From positions 736,001-800,000 of the forward strand of contig JANZKC010000001.1 in NCBI GenBank assembly GCA_025061115.1: a stretch of DNA of 64,000 nt, read 5' to 3'. Below the pieces are notes generated by a model that was given only the letters and a program-made list of their open reading frames with translations, made no database searches and was not told the origin of the DNA. The translations under genes were made by a program, and so were the position numbers. Source of the DNA: Candidatus Culexmicrobium cathedralense (lineage in GTDB: Archaea > Thermoproteota > Methanomethylicia > Culexarchaeales > Culexmicrobiaceae). Within the stretch, counting starts at the first letter, position 1. Every line of letters starts with the position of its first letter. Below, piece by piece: positions 29,043 through 39,319 of this stretch.

Positions 29043-29549
29043 GCGAGATGAAAAGGCAAAGCCAATGACGATTGACGTTCTAAGCTTCCTTCTCAATTTG
29101 AAAACTTGGGGTCGATATAAGTATACTGGTAAGGCGACTTCCTCTACGGATTGCACCCCCTCACTTCCGAGGACTTTGAGAACTACATATGCTTCAACCT
29201 TATCTCCTAGGACTTGAAAAACGCCTCCGCCTAGGTCTATGCGCCTTAAAAGCACTATTGGTAGCTTTAGTTTATCATGTAAATTTTCAGGGATAATTTC
29301 TGAAAGCCTTTCAAGTTCCTCCTTGTCGAATATGATTTGAGAGCCGCTTTTCGTTTTAACCATTGGAGTGGGCGATTCGAGTAATTGGCTCAGCGCCTTG
29401 AATTCCTTAGGTAAGTGGTCATTTATTCGCTCTATATCTGCCTTCCAAATCTTATTTAGAAGGCCCTCGGCTACCCTAACATTCCTATTAAACATTTCAA
29501 CTTCAACCTTTCTCGTATCTAGCAACCACCATTGCATGAGCCTTATCAA
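29037..29549 (-). CDS. DUF61 family protein
   Basis: RIN.HLP....L..LL, F...EL and LKLPI motifs; next to fibrillarin. Confidence 0.7.
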   Translation of the reverse strand: MIRLMQWWLLDTRKVEVEMFNRNVRVAEGLLNKIWKADIERINDHLPKEFKALSQLLESPTPMVKTKSGSQIIFDKEELERLSEIIPENLHDKLKLPIVLLRRIDLGGGVFQVLGDKVEAYVVLKVLGSEGVQSVEEVALPVYLYRPQVFKLRRKLRTSIVIGFAFSSRL

Positions 29550-30198
29550 ATGGCTCTAAATGGACTGTCCCTATAATTTCGAATCCTCTCCTCTTCAGAG
29601 TGTCGATCTCTCGCTTGTACACCTCTGAGGGTGCCATGGTTACATCTACACTTCTAGCCTTTATTGCCAACATTATTTCCCCACCATCCTTTAGGAACAT
29701 GTCTGCATTATCCGCAAGAAGCTTTGCCTGTTCAGGCTGAGCAACATCGCAGTAAATTGCATCGACTTGAGGAACTATTGTTCTATAAAGCGAAGGTTTG
29801 CGGGCGTCGGCAAGTATTGGAATCATGTTTTTCCTGCGTTCACATACTGTGATTAGCTCTCTAACGACTCTAGGGGCAAACTCGACGCAGTAAACGGTGC
29901 CTTCTGGGCCGACAATATCGCTGACGTGGCTAGCGGTTGTTCCCGTAGCTGCACCTAAATATAGTACCTTTAATCTAGGTTTTACTGAGATGTGCTCTAT
30001 CCCCTTTAGGATTGCAGCTGCGAGCTTGCTTCTATAAGCATTCCAAATTCGGTACTCAACACCCTGGTATTTTATGAGAAGCTCGCCATAAACTTTAAAG
30101 CCTGGAGCCAGATTTACTGTTGCCAACCTTTTTGAGCCGTCCTCCATCTCAGCCCAGTAAACTCCTTCAAATTTCTCATGAGGATAGATTTCCACCAT
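29503..30198 (-). CDS. flpA: Fibrillarin-like rRNA/tRNA 2'-O-methyltransferase
   Basis: RSKLAAAI, LYLGAATGTT.SH and DVAQPEQ motifs. Confidence 0.97.
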   Translation of the reverse strand: MVEIYPHEKFEGVYWAEMEDGSKRLATVNLAPGFKVYGELLIKYQGVEYRIWNAYRSKLAAAILKGIEHISVKPRLKVLYLGAATGTTASHVSDIVGPEGTVYCVEFAPRVVRELITVCERRKNMIPILADARKPSLYRTIVPQVDAIYCDVAQPEQAKLLADNADMFLKDGGEIMLAIKARSVDVTMAPSEVYKREIDTLKRRGFEIIGTVHLEPFDKAHAMVVARYEKG

Positions 30199-30203
30199 TT
30201 ATT

Positions 30204-31436
30204 TCACCTCTTCTTCCTTCTCTTTTTGGGAGGTCTTCTTCTCACAATTCTCTTGGGAGGCTTAGCGTAGAGCTTCTTAATTTCTTCAATTCTTTTTCTC
30301 AAATCCTCTTTTAACTCATCGGCAATATATGTACCTGTGAAGGCATCAACCCTTGCAGCTATAGCGAGCTTGCCTGCTAATGCCCTCGCAATTTTACCTC
30401 TCTGCCACCTCGGAGATCTATGAATCTCAGGATACTGAAATATTACTCCGTGCTTAGGCGGCTTAGCTCCACTTCGCAGGGCGCGGAACAGCGCTTTCTC
30501 AGCGCCGAGAACCTGTATGGTGCTCGCTGGAAGTCGAGACAACTCCTCAAGGCCGCCAGCCAAAGCTATTAGCCTAGCTCCAATTAGAGCGCCTACTAAG
30601 CCTTTAATGTTTGGAGCGACTTCATCCATGGTTTGCTCGATGTAATTTTCAAGCTCATCTCTCATCCTGTACATTTCATTGATTATGGAGGATATTCTCA
30701 TTATTGGCTCGATGTCCATCTCAGCTATATCCGCACCGACGGAAGCACTTGCAATTGAGGATATCTTCCTTGCACGGGATTCAGGAAACCCTAATTTAAT
30801 GAGGTTTTCTTCAGTGAAATTGCGTCTCAACCCTAGTGATGACACCAGCCTGATGAAGCTGCTGTGATCTCTTACAAGGTCATTTAGCTCTGGAAAGTGT
30901 ACTCCATACCACTCCCTTAGCCTTGAAACTAGAAGATTTATCGATTTATTTAAGTCGTCTATGGCATTAACTGCATGGGCAATTAGTAGGTCTCTCTTCT
31001 CAGCAGCTTCCCTAAGCTTCTTCCTAGTCATGATGACTGAGACTGAAGAAATGAAGCTGGAGGCCTCTTCAAGGGATTGGGAGAGGCCCAACTTTAAAGC
31101 CAAATCCTCGATCTCGCCCCTAATCTTCTTAGCTACAAGATTACCTACCTCAACAGTTACAGGGATGTCAATAATTGACTTTAAAGATCTGGCCAGCACC
31201 TCATCTTCAACAACTGCAGCTTTGACACCCATGGAAATCAGCTTATTACATAGCCTCTTCAGTTCCTCAATGACCTTTCCTTCCTCCAGCTTGAGTAGTT
31301 TCTCAGCCACTTCATCAGCATCTTTGGGCATGGCTTCAAAAGCTAATACTTCGCCCTTCTCATCACAAGCGAAAAGCGCAAATCCCGTTTCAACCAGGTA
31401 AGCTTTTCCAATGTCAGATTTTTTAAAATTGCTCAT
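30204..31436 (-). CDS. nop5: C/D box RNP protein Nop5 (Nop56/58)
   Basis: REWYG.HFPEL, PASTIQVLGAEKALF and PKHGVIFQ motifs. Confidence 0.97.
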   Translation of the reverse strand: MSNFKKSDIGKAYLVETGFALFACDEKGEVLAFEAMPKDADEVAEKLLKLEEGKVIEELKRLCNKLISMGVKAAVVEDEVLARSLKSIIDIPVTVEVGNLVAKKIRGEIEDLALKLGLSQSLEEASSFISSVSVIMTRKKLREAAEKRDLLIAHAVNAIDDLNKSINLLVSRLREWYGVHFPELNDLVRDHSSFIRLVSSLGLRRNFTEENLIKLGFPESRARKISSIASASVGADIAEMDIEPIMRISSIINEMYRMRDELENYIEQTMDEVAPNIKGLVGALIGARLIALAGGLEELSRLPASTIQVLGAEKALFRALRSGAKPPKHGVIFQYPEIHRSPRWQRGKIARALAGKLAIAARVDAFTGTYIADELKEDLRKRIEEIKKLYAKPPKRIVRRRPPKKRRKKR

Positions 31437-31512
31437 TGACTACACCACCCATGATTTTCTCAACAATCCTTTAAAGCTTTTACATAATAAGGTAATAAGG
31501 GTTGCAGTCACA

Positions 31513-32427
31513 ATGGCTTCAGCAGACTTAACGGTCAAGATAGCCTCACTTAAATTGAGAAACCCATTAATTTTAGCTTCAGGCGTTTTAGGGAATACCG
31601 GCGCGATTCTTCGACGAGTTGCTGAAGCAGGAGCTGGAGCTGTCACTACAAAGTCTATAGGGCTTAAGCCTAGAAAGGGGTACGCAAACCCAACTATAGT
31701 TGAAGTAGACTGCGGATTCATAAACGCCATGGGGCTGCCAAATCCAGGAGTTGACGAATTCATAGAGGAGCTGAAAATAGCGAAGGAGGGGGGAGTCCCA
31801 GTTATAGCATCTGTCTTTGGCTCGAGCCCGAAGGAGTACGCGGAGGTCGCGCATAAGCTGGAGGATGCTGGAGCTGACGCTATTGAACTTAACCTGTCCT
31901 GCCCCCATGCAGGCGGATTAATACATTTCTCGCAAAACCCCAAGAAAGCATATGAAGTAGTAAAAGAGGTGAAAAGCACGGTTCGAATCCCCGTTTTCGC
32001 TAAGTTGACTGCGGAAGTGCCAAGCATAGCTGAAGTTGGATTAGCCGTGGAAAAAGCGGGGGCAGATGGCGTGACCGCAATAAATACGCTGAGAGCAATG
32101 GTGATAGATATAGAATTAGGATTGCCAGTATTGGCAAATGCCTTTGGAGGGCTTAGTGGGCGAGCCATTAAGCCAATTGCAGTCAGATGCGTATACGAGC
32201 TCTACGAGAAGCTGAGCATTCCAATAATTGGAGTAGGAGGAGTATTAACATCTGAAGATGTCATTGAATTTTTAATGGCCGGAGCAAGCGCAGTGCAGGT
32301 TGGATCAGCCATCGCAATAAAAGACCTATCAATATTTAAGGAGCTTACGGAGGGGCTTAAGAGCTTCATGATGAGAAAGGGGTATGAAAGGATTAGTGAA
32401 ATCGCTGGATTGGCCCATAGGAGGTGA
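31513..32427 (+). CDS. pyrD: Dihydroorotate dehydrogenase, catalytic subunit (family 1B)
   Basis: NP.ILASG, NAMGL.NPG, NLSCPH and GGLSG motifs; ATG at 31513. Confidence 0.95.
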   Translation: MASADLTVKIASLKLRNPLILASGVLGNTGAILRRVAEAGAGAVTTKSIGLKPRKGYANPTIVEVDCGFINAMGLPNPGVDEFIEELKIAKEGGVPVIASVFGSSPKEYAEVAHKLEDAGADAIELNLSCPHAGGLIHFSQNPKKAYEVVKEVKSTVRIPVFAKLTAEVPSIAEVGLAVEKAGADGVTAINTLRAMVIDIELGLPVLANAFGGLSGRAIKPIAVRCVYELYEKLSIPIIGVGGVLTSEDVIEFLMAGASAVQVGSAIAIKDLSIFKELTEGLKSFMMRKGYERISEIAGLAHRR

Positions 32428-33245
32428 CTTTCATGATTAACAGACCTATTCCATGCAAAGTGATTCAAGTAGTTGATGAAGCAGCGAATAGGCGAACCAT
32501 ATCAGTAAAGTGCCCGCAAATAGCCGAAGAAGCCCGTCCAGGGCAATTCTTAATGGTTTGGATACCGCGAGTTGACGAAATACCCATGGGAATTTCAGGA
32601 ATAGGAAAGGAAGCCATCTCATTCACAGTTCATAAAGTCGGAGAAGCCACGGAAGCTCTATACAACATTAAGGTAGGCGACTGCATAGGGCTTCGCGGAC
32701 CCTATGGTAATGGCTTCAAGATAATTAGGGGGAAAGCTCTAGTTGTTGGCGGCGGAACTGGAATGGCACCGCTAATTCCACTAATTGAAAAACTAATTGA
32801 AGTGGGCTCAAAAGTCACGGTAGTGAATGGCGCTAAAAGAAAGTGCGAACTCGTCTTCTTAAATAAATTGAGGACATTGCAAAGCATGAATAAAATAAAA
32901 TTGATAATAGCCACTGATGACGGCTCTCTAGGGATGAAAGCTACTGCCGCAGAAATGGCTGAAAAACTCCTTAGCCAAGAAAGCTACGACGAACTATACG
33001 TTTGCGGGCCAGAACTGATGATACTTAAAATTTTAGAGATCGCAAAGAGAAGGGGGGTTCATATGCAGGCATCACTGGAGAGATATATGAAGTGTGCAAT
33101 TGGAATATGCGGTTCATGCGTTATGGACCCCTTAGGACTTAGAGTATGCAAAGACGGCCCCGTCTTCCCCATTGAAATACTGGAAAAGATACGTGAATTG
33201 GGAAGGTACAGAAGAAATGCTGCAGGGATAAAAGAGCAAATCTAG
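32424..33245 (+). CDS. pyrK: Dihydroorotate dehydrogenase electron transfer subunit
   Basis: PGQF.M, RGPYGNGF, GGGTG.AP and CAIGICGSC...VCKDGPVF motifs. Confidence 0.93.
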   Translation: MTFMINRPIPCKVIQVVDEAANRRTISVKCPQIAEEARPGQFLMVWIPRVDEIPMGISGIGKEAISFTVHKVGEATEALYNIKVGDCIGLRGPYGNGFKIIRGKALVVGGGTGMAPLIPLIEKLIEVGSKVTVVNGAKRKCELVFLNKLRTLQSMNKIKLIIATDDGSLGMKATAAEMAEKLLSQESYDELYVCGPELMILKILEIAKRRGVHMQASLERYMKCAIGICGSCVMDPLGLRVCKDGPVFPIEILEKIRELGRYRRNAAGIKEQI

Positions 33246-33304
33246 GTTAGAGCCATTAAGTTTAAGTATCCGGATGATAAGTATGGTAAATCAGGTGAAA
33301 AAAT

Positions 33305-33469
33305 ATGCCCAGCCACGGATCACTTACAAAAGCAGGTAAAGTAAGAGCAGCCACTCCAAAGATTCCTCGCAAGCCGAGGACTAATCCATTCCCAAGAAAG
33401 CGAAGTAGGCGTAACTATTTCAGAAGAGTGATCATGGGAGGACTGCCCTGGCAGAGAAGGAGAAGGTAG
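33305..33469 (+). CDS. rps30e: 30S ribosomal protein S30e (below the ORF-track cutoff)
   Basis: Manual translation MPSHGSLTKAGKVRAATPKI...RRRR*, 54 aa, preceded by GGTGA. Confidence 0.93.
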   Translation: MPSHGSLTKAGKVRAATPKIPRKPRTNPFPRKRSRRNYFRRVIMGGLPWQRRRR

Positions 33470-33491
33470 TTTAGCAGATTGTAGACATCTT

Positions 33492-34655
33492 TTAACTCAT
33501 AGACATAATTCTTGATGTCGTTATAGTTTCATGAATGTAGATGCCCCTATCAGCAAGCTCTTTTACGAACAATTCAAAGCGCTCAGGTGAAAGAGCTAGT
33601 TCTGGAGGAATAACTCCAGGGCCCTCAACTTCGCCCTTAACCACCATTCTAAGCATAATTGCGCAGGTGAATCCGGAGGTTCTGCCCATGGAAGTTACCT
33701 TTTCAACCTCGTCATAGTAGTCGATCATCTTATAGTTGCAGTGAACGCGCATGTTGCCTTTTAGCCCAACCACGTCGACGAGAAGTACAGTTATGTCCTT
33801 TTCTCCCTCTTCCATTCTAAGCTTCTCGCTCATCAACTTAGCTGATAATAGCTTTGGCGAAATCCTAATTCCTTCAACTTCAACTGGGTCGGTGTCGAAA
33901 AACCCTAAGTCCCTTAAAACCCTTACTTTCTCAGCATGGCCAGGCCACCTTATGGTTTTCTCGCACATGTTCTTTACATGCTTCATGGTGTGGATTAACG
34001 TTGATAGCCCATCCGTGTAAAAGCACTCCAACTCGCCGAGCTCAGGAAGAGTAAACTTTTCTAAGCCAGATAATGCAGGCACACAAATTACTTTGCCATT
34101 TTTAACTATTCTCGCAGGACTACAGTACTCGGCAATTAAGCTTTCAACCGAAAATACGATTTTGTAGTCGAGCGGGGGCGTGGGGCTGTACGGAATTCCT
34201 CCAACCCTTATGCATACCTCCTCAACCACATCCAAGTTACTAGCACCATACGCGACAAGCATGTTACTTAACCCTGGAGCTACTCCGCAGCCAGGAATTA
34301 AGGTCACTCCGGCTTTCCTAGCCAAGGCATCTAGCTCGAGTTGCTCCGGCTCAAATGCCAGATCCACCATGCTTACTCCCGCTTCAATGGCAGTTTTGTT
34401 AGCTTGAACCGTAAGCCTATGAGGGAGGGCTCCCGCAACACAATCAAAGTTCTTCATGATCTTTAAGAGGTCAGGTTTATTAGTTACATCCATTTGAATA
34501 ATCGTAACTTTATCGCTCTTTATAGAAGTTCTTAGATTTTCTAGACGTTTGCTACTTATGTCAACTACAGCCACTTCGCCAATATTGTCGTCTCTCACCA
34601 AGTCTTTGACTATTGCATATCCCATTGGGCCGCAGCCTAAAACTAGCATGCGCAT
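33492..34655 (-). CDS. Saccharopine dehydrogenase / lysine 6-dehydrogenase family protein
   Basis: Rossmann VLGCGPMG, GCGVAPGLSN, KTIRWPGH and GVIPPE motifs. Confidence 0.88.
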   Translation of the reverse strand: MRMLVLGCGPMGYAIVKDLVRDDNIGEVAVVDISSKRLENLRTSIKSDKVTIIQMDVTNKPDLLKIMKNFDCVAGALPHRLTVQANKTAIEAGVSMVDLAFEPEQLELDALARKAGVTLIPGCGVAPGLSNMLVAYGASNLDVVEEVCIRVGGIPYSPTPPLDYKIVFSVESLIAEYCSPARIVKNGKVICVPALSGLEKFTLPELGELECFYTDGLSTLIHTMKHVKNMCEKTIRWPGHAEKVRVLRDLGFFDTDPVEVEGIRISPKLLSAKLMSEKLRMEEGEKDITVLLVDVVGLKGNMRVHCNYKMIDYYDEVEKVTSMGRTSGFTCAIMLRMVVKGEVEGPGVIPPELALSPERFELFVKELADRGIYIHETITTSRIMSMS

Positions 34656-34734
34656 TTAATTCACCTACTGTGGCTATCATGATTTGAGCACATATATCTT
34701 GTGGGCATGAGGCAATGCTCAGCGAAGCTTAAAC

Positions 34735-35757
34735 TTAAAGTCTCTTGCTCTGAAAGGTTTCAAGCCAGCTTATTAGGGAAAGCGCGAGGTGATCCACGCC
34801 CTTAGAGGCTATGCTGTTAAATAGCTTGACAAGCATGTCCCTAATACGCTTGCTCCACGAAACAATCGCTATATCAACAATAAAGTTAGGGTAAAGGTAT
34901 TTTGGCGTAGCAATTACAAACCTGTTGGAGCCAACTCTAGCTATAATACCAGCAATCTCTCCGAGCTGCGTTGAAGGAGACTTAAGCGCAGAGGCAGCTC
35001 TTTGAAACTCGCGATCTATGGGGGATATTGTTGATTGGGTTCTTAAAATGTAATCGAGAACATCAGAATATTTAGCTTTAAGTCTCCCTATAATTTCATC
35101 CTTCAAGAAGCCTTTAAGAGATAATGATACCACGTCTTCCTCTATGTAGCCCATCACTAGAGTTAATATGTCAAGCTTAGCATGCCTATTTCCAAAAGCT
35201 TCTAGCTCCCCCACTAGAAGCCTAGTAAAGTCCCTAGCAGTCTTGCCAATTAATGATTTGAAGAAATTTAACAGAAGAAATCTTTGCTCATCATCGTACT
35301 TCTCAATCGTTATTGAAAGGTCGAGATATGCGGGGGAAAGTCTATCGCCATACAACTTAAACGTAAGCAGTGGACCAGCGTGATCAGTAGCTAAAAACAA
35401 TTCTCCTTCACCCTTTAAGCGAGAAAAAAGTTCATCTAGCTCTTTTAAGGGAGCCTTGCACGTCTTAGAGGCGGCTGCATCTGCCGCTTCCTTCAAAGCA
35501 AGATTTAATATTTGAAGTGGAAGAGTTCCTCGAAGCGGCTTTAGCTCCCTCAATATTTCATTGCTAGCAAAACCTTGCTTGAAGAGGTCAGAAGCCGCCT
35601 TAAGGAATAGGTTACGCCTAACTTCTAGAATTAATTCGTAAAGTTGATCATCACTTAGCGACGAGACTTCATCGAAAGGTGCTTTACGTGCTAACCTAAG
35701 TACTTCACTATCAGGTTTGCCGTACAGAATCAAACACTTAACTAGCTGTTTTAGCAC
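34735..35757 (-). CDS. Hypothetical protein with apparent internal duplication
   Basis: Long ORF; probable GTG start at 35757 after GGTGG; no family recognised. Confidence 0.65.
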   Translation of the reverse strand: MLKQLVKCLILYGKPDSEVLRLARKAPFDEVSSLSDDQLYELILEVRRNLFLKAASDLFKQGFASNEILRELKPLRGTLPLQILNLALKEAADAAASKTCKAPLKELDELFSRLKGEGELFLATDHAGPLLTFKLYGDRLSPAYLDLSITIEKYDDEQRFLLLNFFKSLIGKTARDFTRLLVGELEAFGNRHAKLDILTLVMGYIEEDVVSLSLKGFLKDEIIGRLKAKYSDVLDYILRTQSTISPIDREFQRAASALKSPSTQLGEIAGIIARVGSNRFVIATPKYLYPNFIVDIAIVSWSKRIRDMLVKLFNSIASKGVDHLALSLISWLETFQSKRL

Positions 35758-35862
35758 ATTACCACCAACACTAATCCAATAAAAATTAAAGTAAACAAGT
35801 AGATAAAGTGCTTGCACTTACCGTTAAAGATTTAGTTCAAACCCGAGTAAGAGAATACTCGA

Positions 35863-35947
35863 GCGGGGGTGGCCGAGCCAGGTCAAAGGCGCGAGGTTCA
35901 GGACCTCGTGCCGAAGGGCTGCGTGGGTTCAAATCCCACCCCCCGCA
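35863..35947 (+). tRNA. tRNA-Leu(CAG)
   Basis: GCGGGGG/CCCCCGC acceptor stem, CGAGG-TTCAGGA-CCTCG anticodon arm, long variable arm, GTTCAAATC; CCA not encoded. Confidence 0.95.
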
Positions 35948-36279
35948 CTACAATTACAAATTCCTTTTCGAATATTGAAGCAGTATTAGCAGGAATTGAA
36001 GGTAAAGCTAACATGCCAGCCAAGATTAAAGGTTATGAATGGCTATAAAATGGAGTAGTAGACGTGATGAGTAATTGACACCATAACATGTGAAGCGCAT
36101 AGGGCAATTAGCAACTCCTAAAAAGTGACCAAATAAGTGGATTTAATGAAGATTACATTCGCAGGTGAGATGCGTAATTACCTAGCAGTTATTCGAGCTA
36201 AACATGTAACCATGCAAATTTAGCTTTGACAATACAAATGCTTCTAACGTGTTGAGTTAAGTGGCTTCAGTAAAATAAC

Positions 36280-36354
36280 TGGTGGGCCCGGTGGGATTCG
36301 AACCCACGACCCCCCGGTTATGAGCCGGGTGCTCTACCGCTAAGCTACGGGCCC
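36280..36354 (-). tRNA. tRNA-Ile2(CAT), agmatidine type
   Basis: GGGCCCG acceptor stem typical of Ile, CAT anticodon, encoded CCA. Confidence 0.85.
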
Positions 36355-36407
36355 GCTGTAAATTAGGTAGCTAATTGAGGATTATAGGTTTTTCTCTACC
36401 AATTAAT

Positions 36408-36484
36408 TGGCGCCGGGGGCCGGACTCGAACCGGCGACCAACGGGTTAACAGCCCGTCGCTCTACCATGCTGAGCTACCCCGGC
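36408..36484 (-). tRNA. tRNA-Asn(GTT)
   Basis: GCCGGGG acceptor, ACGGG-CTGTTAA-CCCGT anticodon arm, GCCA end. Confidence 0.95.
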
Positions 36485-36548
36485 TCTATCTTAAATTGAA
36501 ATACGATACGATTTAAGCTTGTTGGAAAATAGTAGTGAAATGAGTATT

Positions 36549-36803
36549 CTAATCCTTTATTGTCTCTAATATCGAGGTTATGTTCCACAGTTGAACTCGT
36601 GTGTGAGTCGGCATGTTTGGGTCCTGAGAAACCTCTTCCAAAATTCCAATGGCATTTGAGGCCCTTACACCAGGAGTGTACTTTGAGGTTTGCAGCGCTT
36701 TTATTGCTTCACTCGCAGCTCTCCTGATATTTCTTGGTACACTCGTATCTTCAACAATTCGTTGCAAGAGAGCTATTGCTTGTTGAATTTTATCCTCGAC
36801 CAT
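36549..36803 (-). CDS. UPF0147 family protein
   Basis: [11 protein letters not shown] and DPNMP.HTR motifs. Confidence 0.9.
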   Translation of the reverse strand: MVEDKIQQAIALLQRIVEDTSVPRNIRRAASEAIKALQTSKYTPGVRASNAIGILEEVSQDPNMPTHTRVQLWNITSILETIKD

Positions 36804-36880
36804 CGTGAATCAGCCTCCGCTTATTTACAATTCTCGGGGGCAAATTTAACTTTCACCTTTTATAATTTTTCTACAGCTTA

Positions 36881-37234
36881 ATGGTAGAGGGAAAGCATAT
36901 GGAGGAAGATAGAGCCAAGCTGAAGGAAATGGCCAACCTGCTTAGGTCAGGAGCAACAATGCTATCTCAAATATGCCCAGAGTGTAGTGCTCCATTATTT
37001 AAATTAAAGACTGGAGAAATAATCTGCCCACTATGTAAACGAAGAATCATCTTTGCAAAGAAGGGCGAAGAAGTGGGGGAGCTGCCAACGATGGCTGCAG
37101 AAAGGCTTAAGGAAGTTCTCTCCATCAAACTCTTGAAAGTTGCCGAGGAAATTGAAAAAACTGAAGATATCGAAGAAATATATCGCTTAACCGAATTGGC
37201 TAAGGCAATAGTGGATGTAATCAGCAAAATTTAG
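36881..37234 (+). CDS. UPF0148 / SSSCA1-like zinc-ribbon protein
   Basis: LLRSGATML...CPEC.APLF......CPLC. Confidence 0.85.
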   Translation: MVEGKHMEEDRAKLKEMANLLRSGATMLSQICPECSAPLFKLKTGEIICPLCKRRIIFAKKGEEVGELPTMAAERLKEVLSIKLLKVAEEIEKTEDIEEIYRLTELAKAIVDVISKI

Positions 37235-37258
37235 AGAATAGAGCAAAAGGCGAGTTAT

Positions 37259-37807
37259 ATGAAGAGAGATTTTCTTTTAGGAAAATGCGTCAGCTTCCCT
37301 AAATACAGCCATTACACAGCGCATTATAGTACAGTGCAAGACATCAAATACATAAAGAGAGCAATAGTTAAGGCTTTAAAGTCAATTGATGGGAAAAGGG
37401 ATCGCATCATATTGTCCATTGCGGGCAGAATGGGAGAAGTTAATGGTGAAAGAATTTTTCAAGTGAAGGTTGCAGATGGAAATAAATTTAAAAAAATAAA
37501 TAGCAATATTCTAAGAATTTTAATCAACTCAGTTGTCGATAACATATTAAATTTTATTGATTTTGAAGTTAAGATAAGGTATAGATATCTAGATGAAAAC
37601 GGGAGAAGGAGATCTTCTTGGTCGGATAGGTACCTCGTGCGAGTTTATTTTACTGAATTAACATTTAAAATTCAGATATCCCACATTGGCGGTTTAAGGA
37701 GGTTTACTCCCAGAGAGCTGGGGAAAATGATTTACCTAGCTCTTGTTCAAAATTTGAGGAAAATGGGTATTCGGCCGTCAATTAGGAAAATTTACGAATT
37801 GTCCTAG
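37259..37807 (+). CDS. Hypothetical basic protein
   Basis: 182-aa AT-rich ORF co-oriented between conserved genes. Confidence 0.6.
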   Translation: MKRDFLLGKCVSFPKYSHYTAHYSTVQDIKYIKRAIVKALKSIDGKRDRIILSIAGRMGEVNGERIFQVKVADGNKFKKINSNILRILINSVVDNILNFIDFEVKIRYRYLDENGRRRSSWSDRYLVRVYFTELTFKIQISHIGGLRRFTPRELGKMIYLALVQNLRKMGIRPSIRKIYELS

Positions 37808-37824
37808 CTATGGAGGATTAGAAA

Positions 37825-39315
37825 GTGAGAAGGACGAAGGACTTTCTATTTAGAGTTGGTAAGGAAAAATTTTGGTGGTGCGATAACTGCAACATCCCTA
37901 CTTTAAGTTCAACGTGTCTCCGCTGCGGAGGTAAATCTAGAGGCCTTAAAGCATCATTACCGGGCGACTTGAGGCCTGCCTGGAATTTCGACTTAAAGCT
38001 CATTAGAAAAGTAGTTAATGAAGACTTTGGCAATGGAATCGGCGAAAAGCTACTTCCAAGTAATAAGCTTGTTCTGCTAAATAAAATACCTGGCATAGAC
38101 TGGACTGATGAAGTCATCATAGATGGATTAGCAGTTGGATTAATGATGTTTGATGTCAGGGAGAAGCGTTGGAGATTTATGCCTAAAATTGAGGGAGCGC
38201 GACGCATATACCATTACGGAGGAAGAAAATGGGTTCGCGTGGATGAGGGCGCTACTAGACAGATAATTAATAAGAGAAACGTCATGGCTGCCGGCATTCT
38301 AGACGTTGATGATTCAATAAGGAAGGGAGACTACGTGTACATTCTATCCCACGACTACCAAGTAATTGCTGTTGGAAGAGCCAGAATGAATGGTAAAGAT
38401 ATGAAAGCCGGAGGACTCGGAGTAGCAGTTAAAACGAAAATGGCAGATAAACCTGGAGATATCTGCGAATTGAAATCCGAATCAACTTGGAGCAAGGCAG
38501 TTGAAGCAAATAGGGAATATGTGGAGGAGATTGCGAAGAAAGCCACTAAATTCATAATAGAAACTACTGAGAAACAACGCAAACCCATAGTGGTTGCATT
38601 TAGCGGCGGAAAGGATAGCGCATGCGTTTTGAATTTAGCAATGGATGCTCTTGGAGACAGCTTCAAGATAGCCTTCTTAGATACTGGCCTCGAATTCCCG
38701 GAAACCATTAACTACACTAAGGAGGCATTGAAGGAGCTCGACGTTGAAAACTTGCTGCTCTACGAAACTGCAGGGGATGCATTTTGGAAATGCGTAAACA
38801 AGCTGGGGCCGCCAAGTCGCGATCATAGGTGGTGCTGCAAAGTATGTAAGCTGAGATTAATGTCAAAGATAGTTAAGGAATTAGGTGGCGAGTGCTTAAC
38901 ATTTGTTGGGCAGAGAAAGTATGAATCCATGTCTAGAGCCGCTGAGCCACGCATTACCAGAACAATTCACGTCCCAGGACAGGTGAGAGCCAGCCCCATA
39001 AAGAATTGGAATTTACTGCACGTATGGCTATACTTAGGCTATAAGAAAATGAAAGTAAACTCCCTGTACTTTAAAGGACACGTAAGAATAGGCTGCTTCA
39101 TGTGCCCAGCAAGCGACTTGGCTGAACTCGAACTTGTAAGAGAAAGTCATGCAGAGCTGTGGAGTAAATGGGAACACGCTTTAAAGCTGTGGGCTGAAAC
39201 CCATAATTTAGATTCATCTTGGATCAAGTATGGTTTATGGAGATGGCGTAGACTTCCGCGCTATTGGAAGGACATTCTAGGTGAAGAACGTTTCTGGTCG
39301 CTGAAAAATTTGTGA
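37825..39315 (+). CDS. Zn-ribbon + PUA + PAPS-reductase-like (PP-loop) protein
   Basis: WCDNC/CLRC, PUA-like region, FSGGKDS, RWCCKVCK and RIGCFMCP. Confidence 0.88.
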   Translation: MRRTKDFLFRVGKEKFWWCDNCNIPTLSSTCLRCGGKSRGLKASLPGDLRPAWNFDLKLIRKVVNEDFGNGIGEKLLPSNKLVLLNKIPGIDWTDEVIIDGLAVGLMMFDVREKRWRFMPKIEGARRIYHYGGRKWVRVDEGATRQIINKRNVMAAGILDVDDSIRKGDYVYILSHDYQVIAVGRARMNGKDMKAGGLGVAVKTKMADKPGDICELKSESTWSKAVEANREYVEEIAKKATKFIIETTEKQRKPIVVAFSGGKDSACVLNLAMDALGDSFKIAFLDTGLEFPETINYTKEALKELDVENLLLYETAGDAFWKCVNKLGPPSRDHRWCCKVCKLRLMSKIVKELGGECLTFVGQRKYESMSRAAEPRITRTIHVPGQVRASPIKNWNLLHVWLYLGYKKMKVNSLYFKGHVRIGCFMCPASDLAELELVRESHAELWSKWEHALKLWAETHNLDSSWIKYGLWRWRRLPRYWKDILGEERFWSLKNL

Positions 39316-39319
39316 TGAC

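Noticed and set aside
35948-36279. Integrated element or att site after tRNA-Leu
   Set aside because: No integrase and no duplicated tRNA 3' end seen; only about 330 bp of featureless spacer.
36280-36354. Calling this tRNA-Met
   Set aside because: The GGGCCC acceptor stem is Ile-type, and an elongator Met gene is present at 55551.
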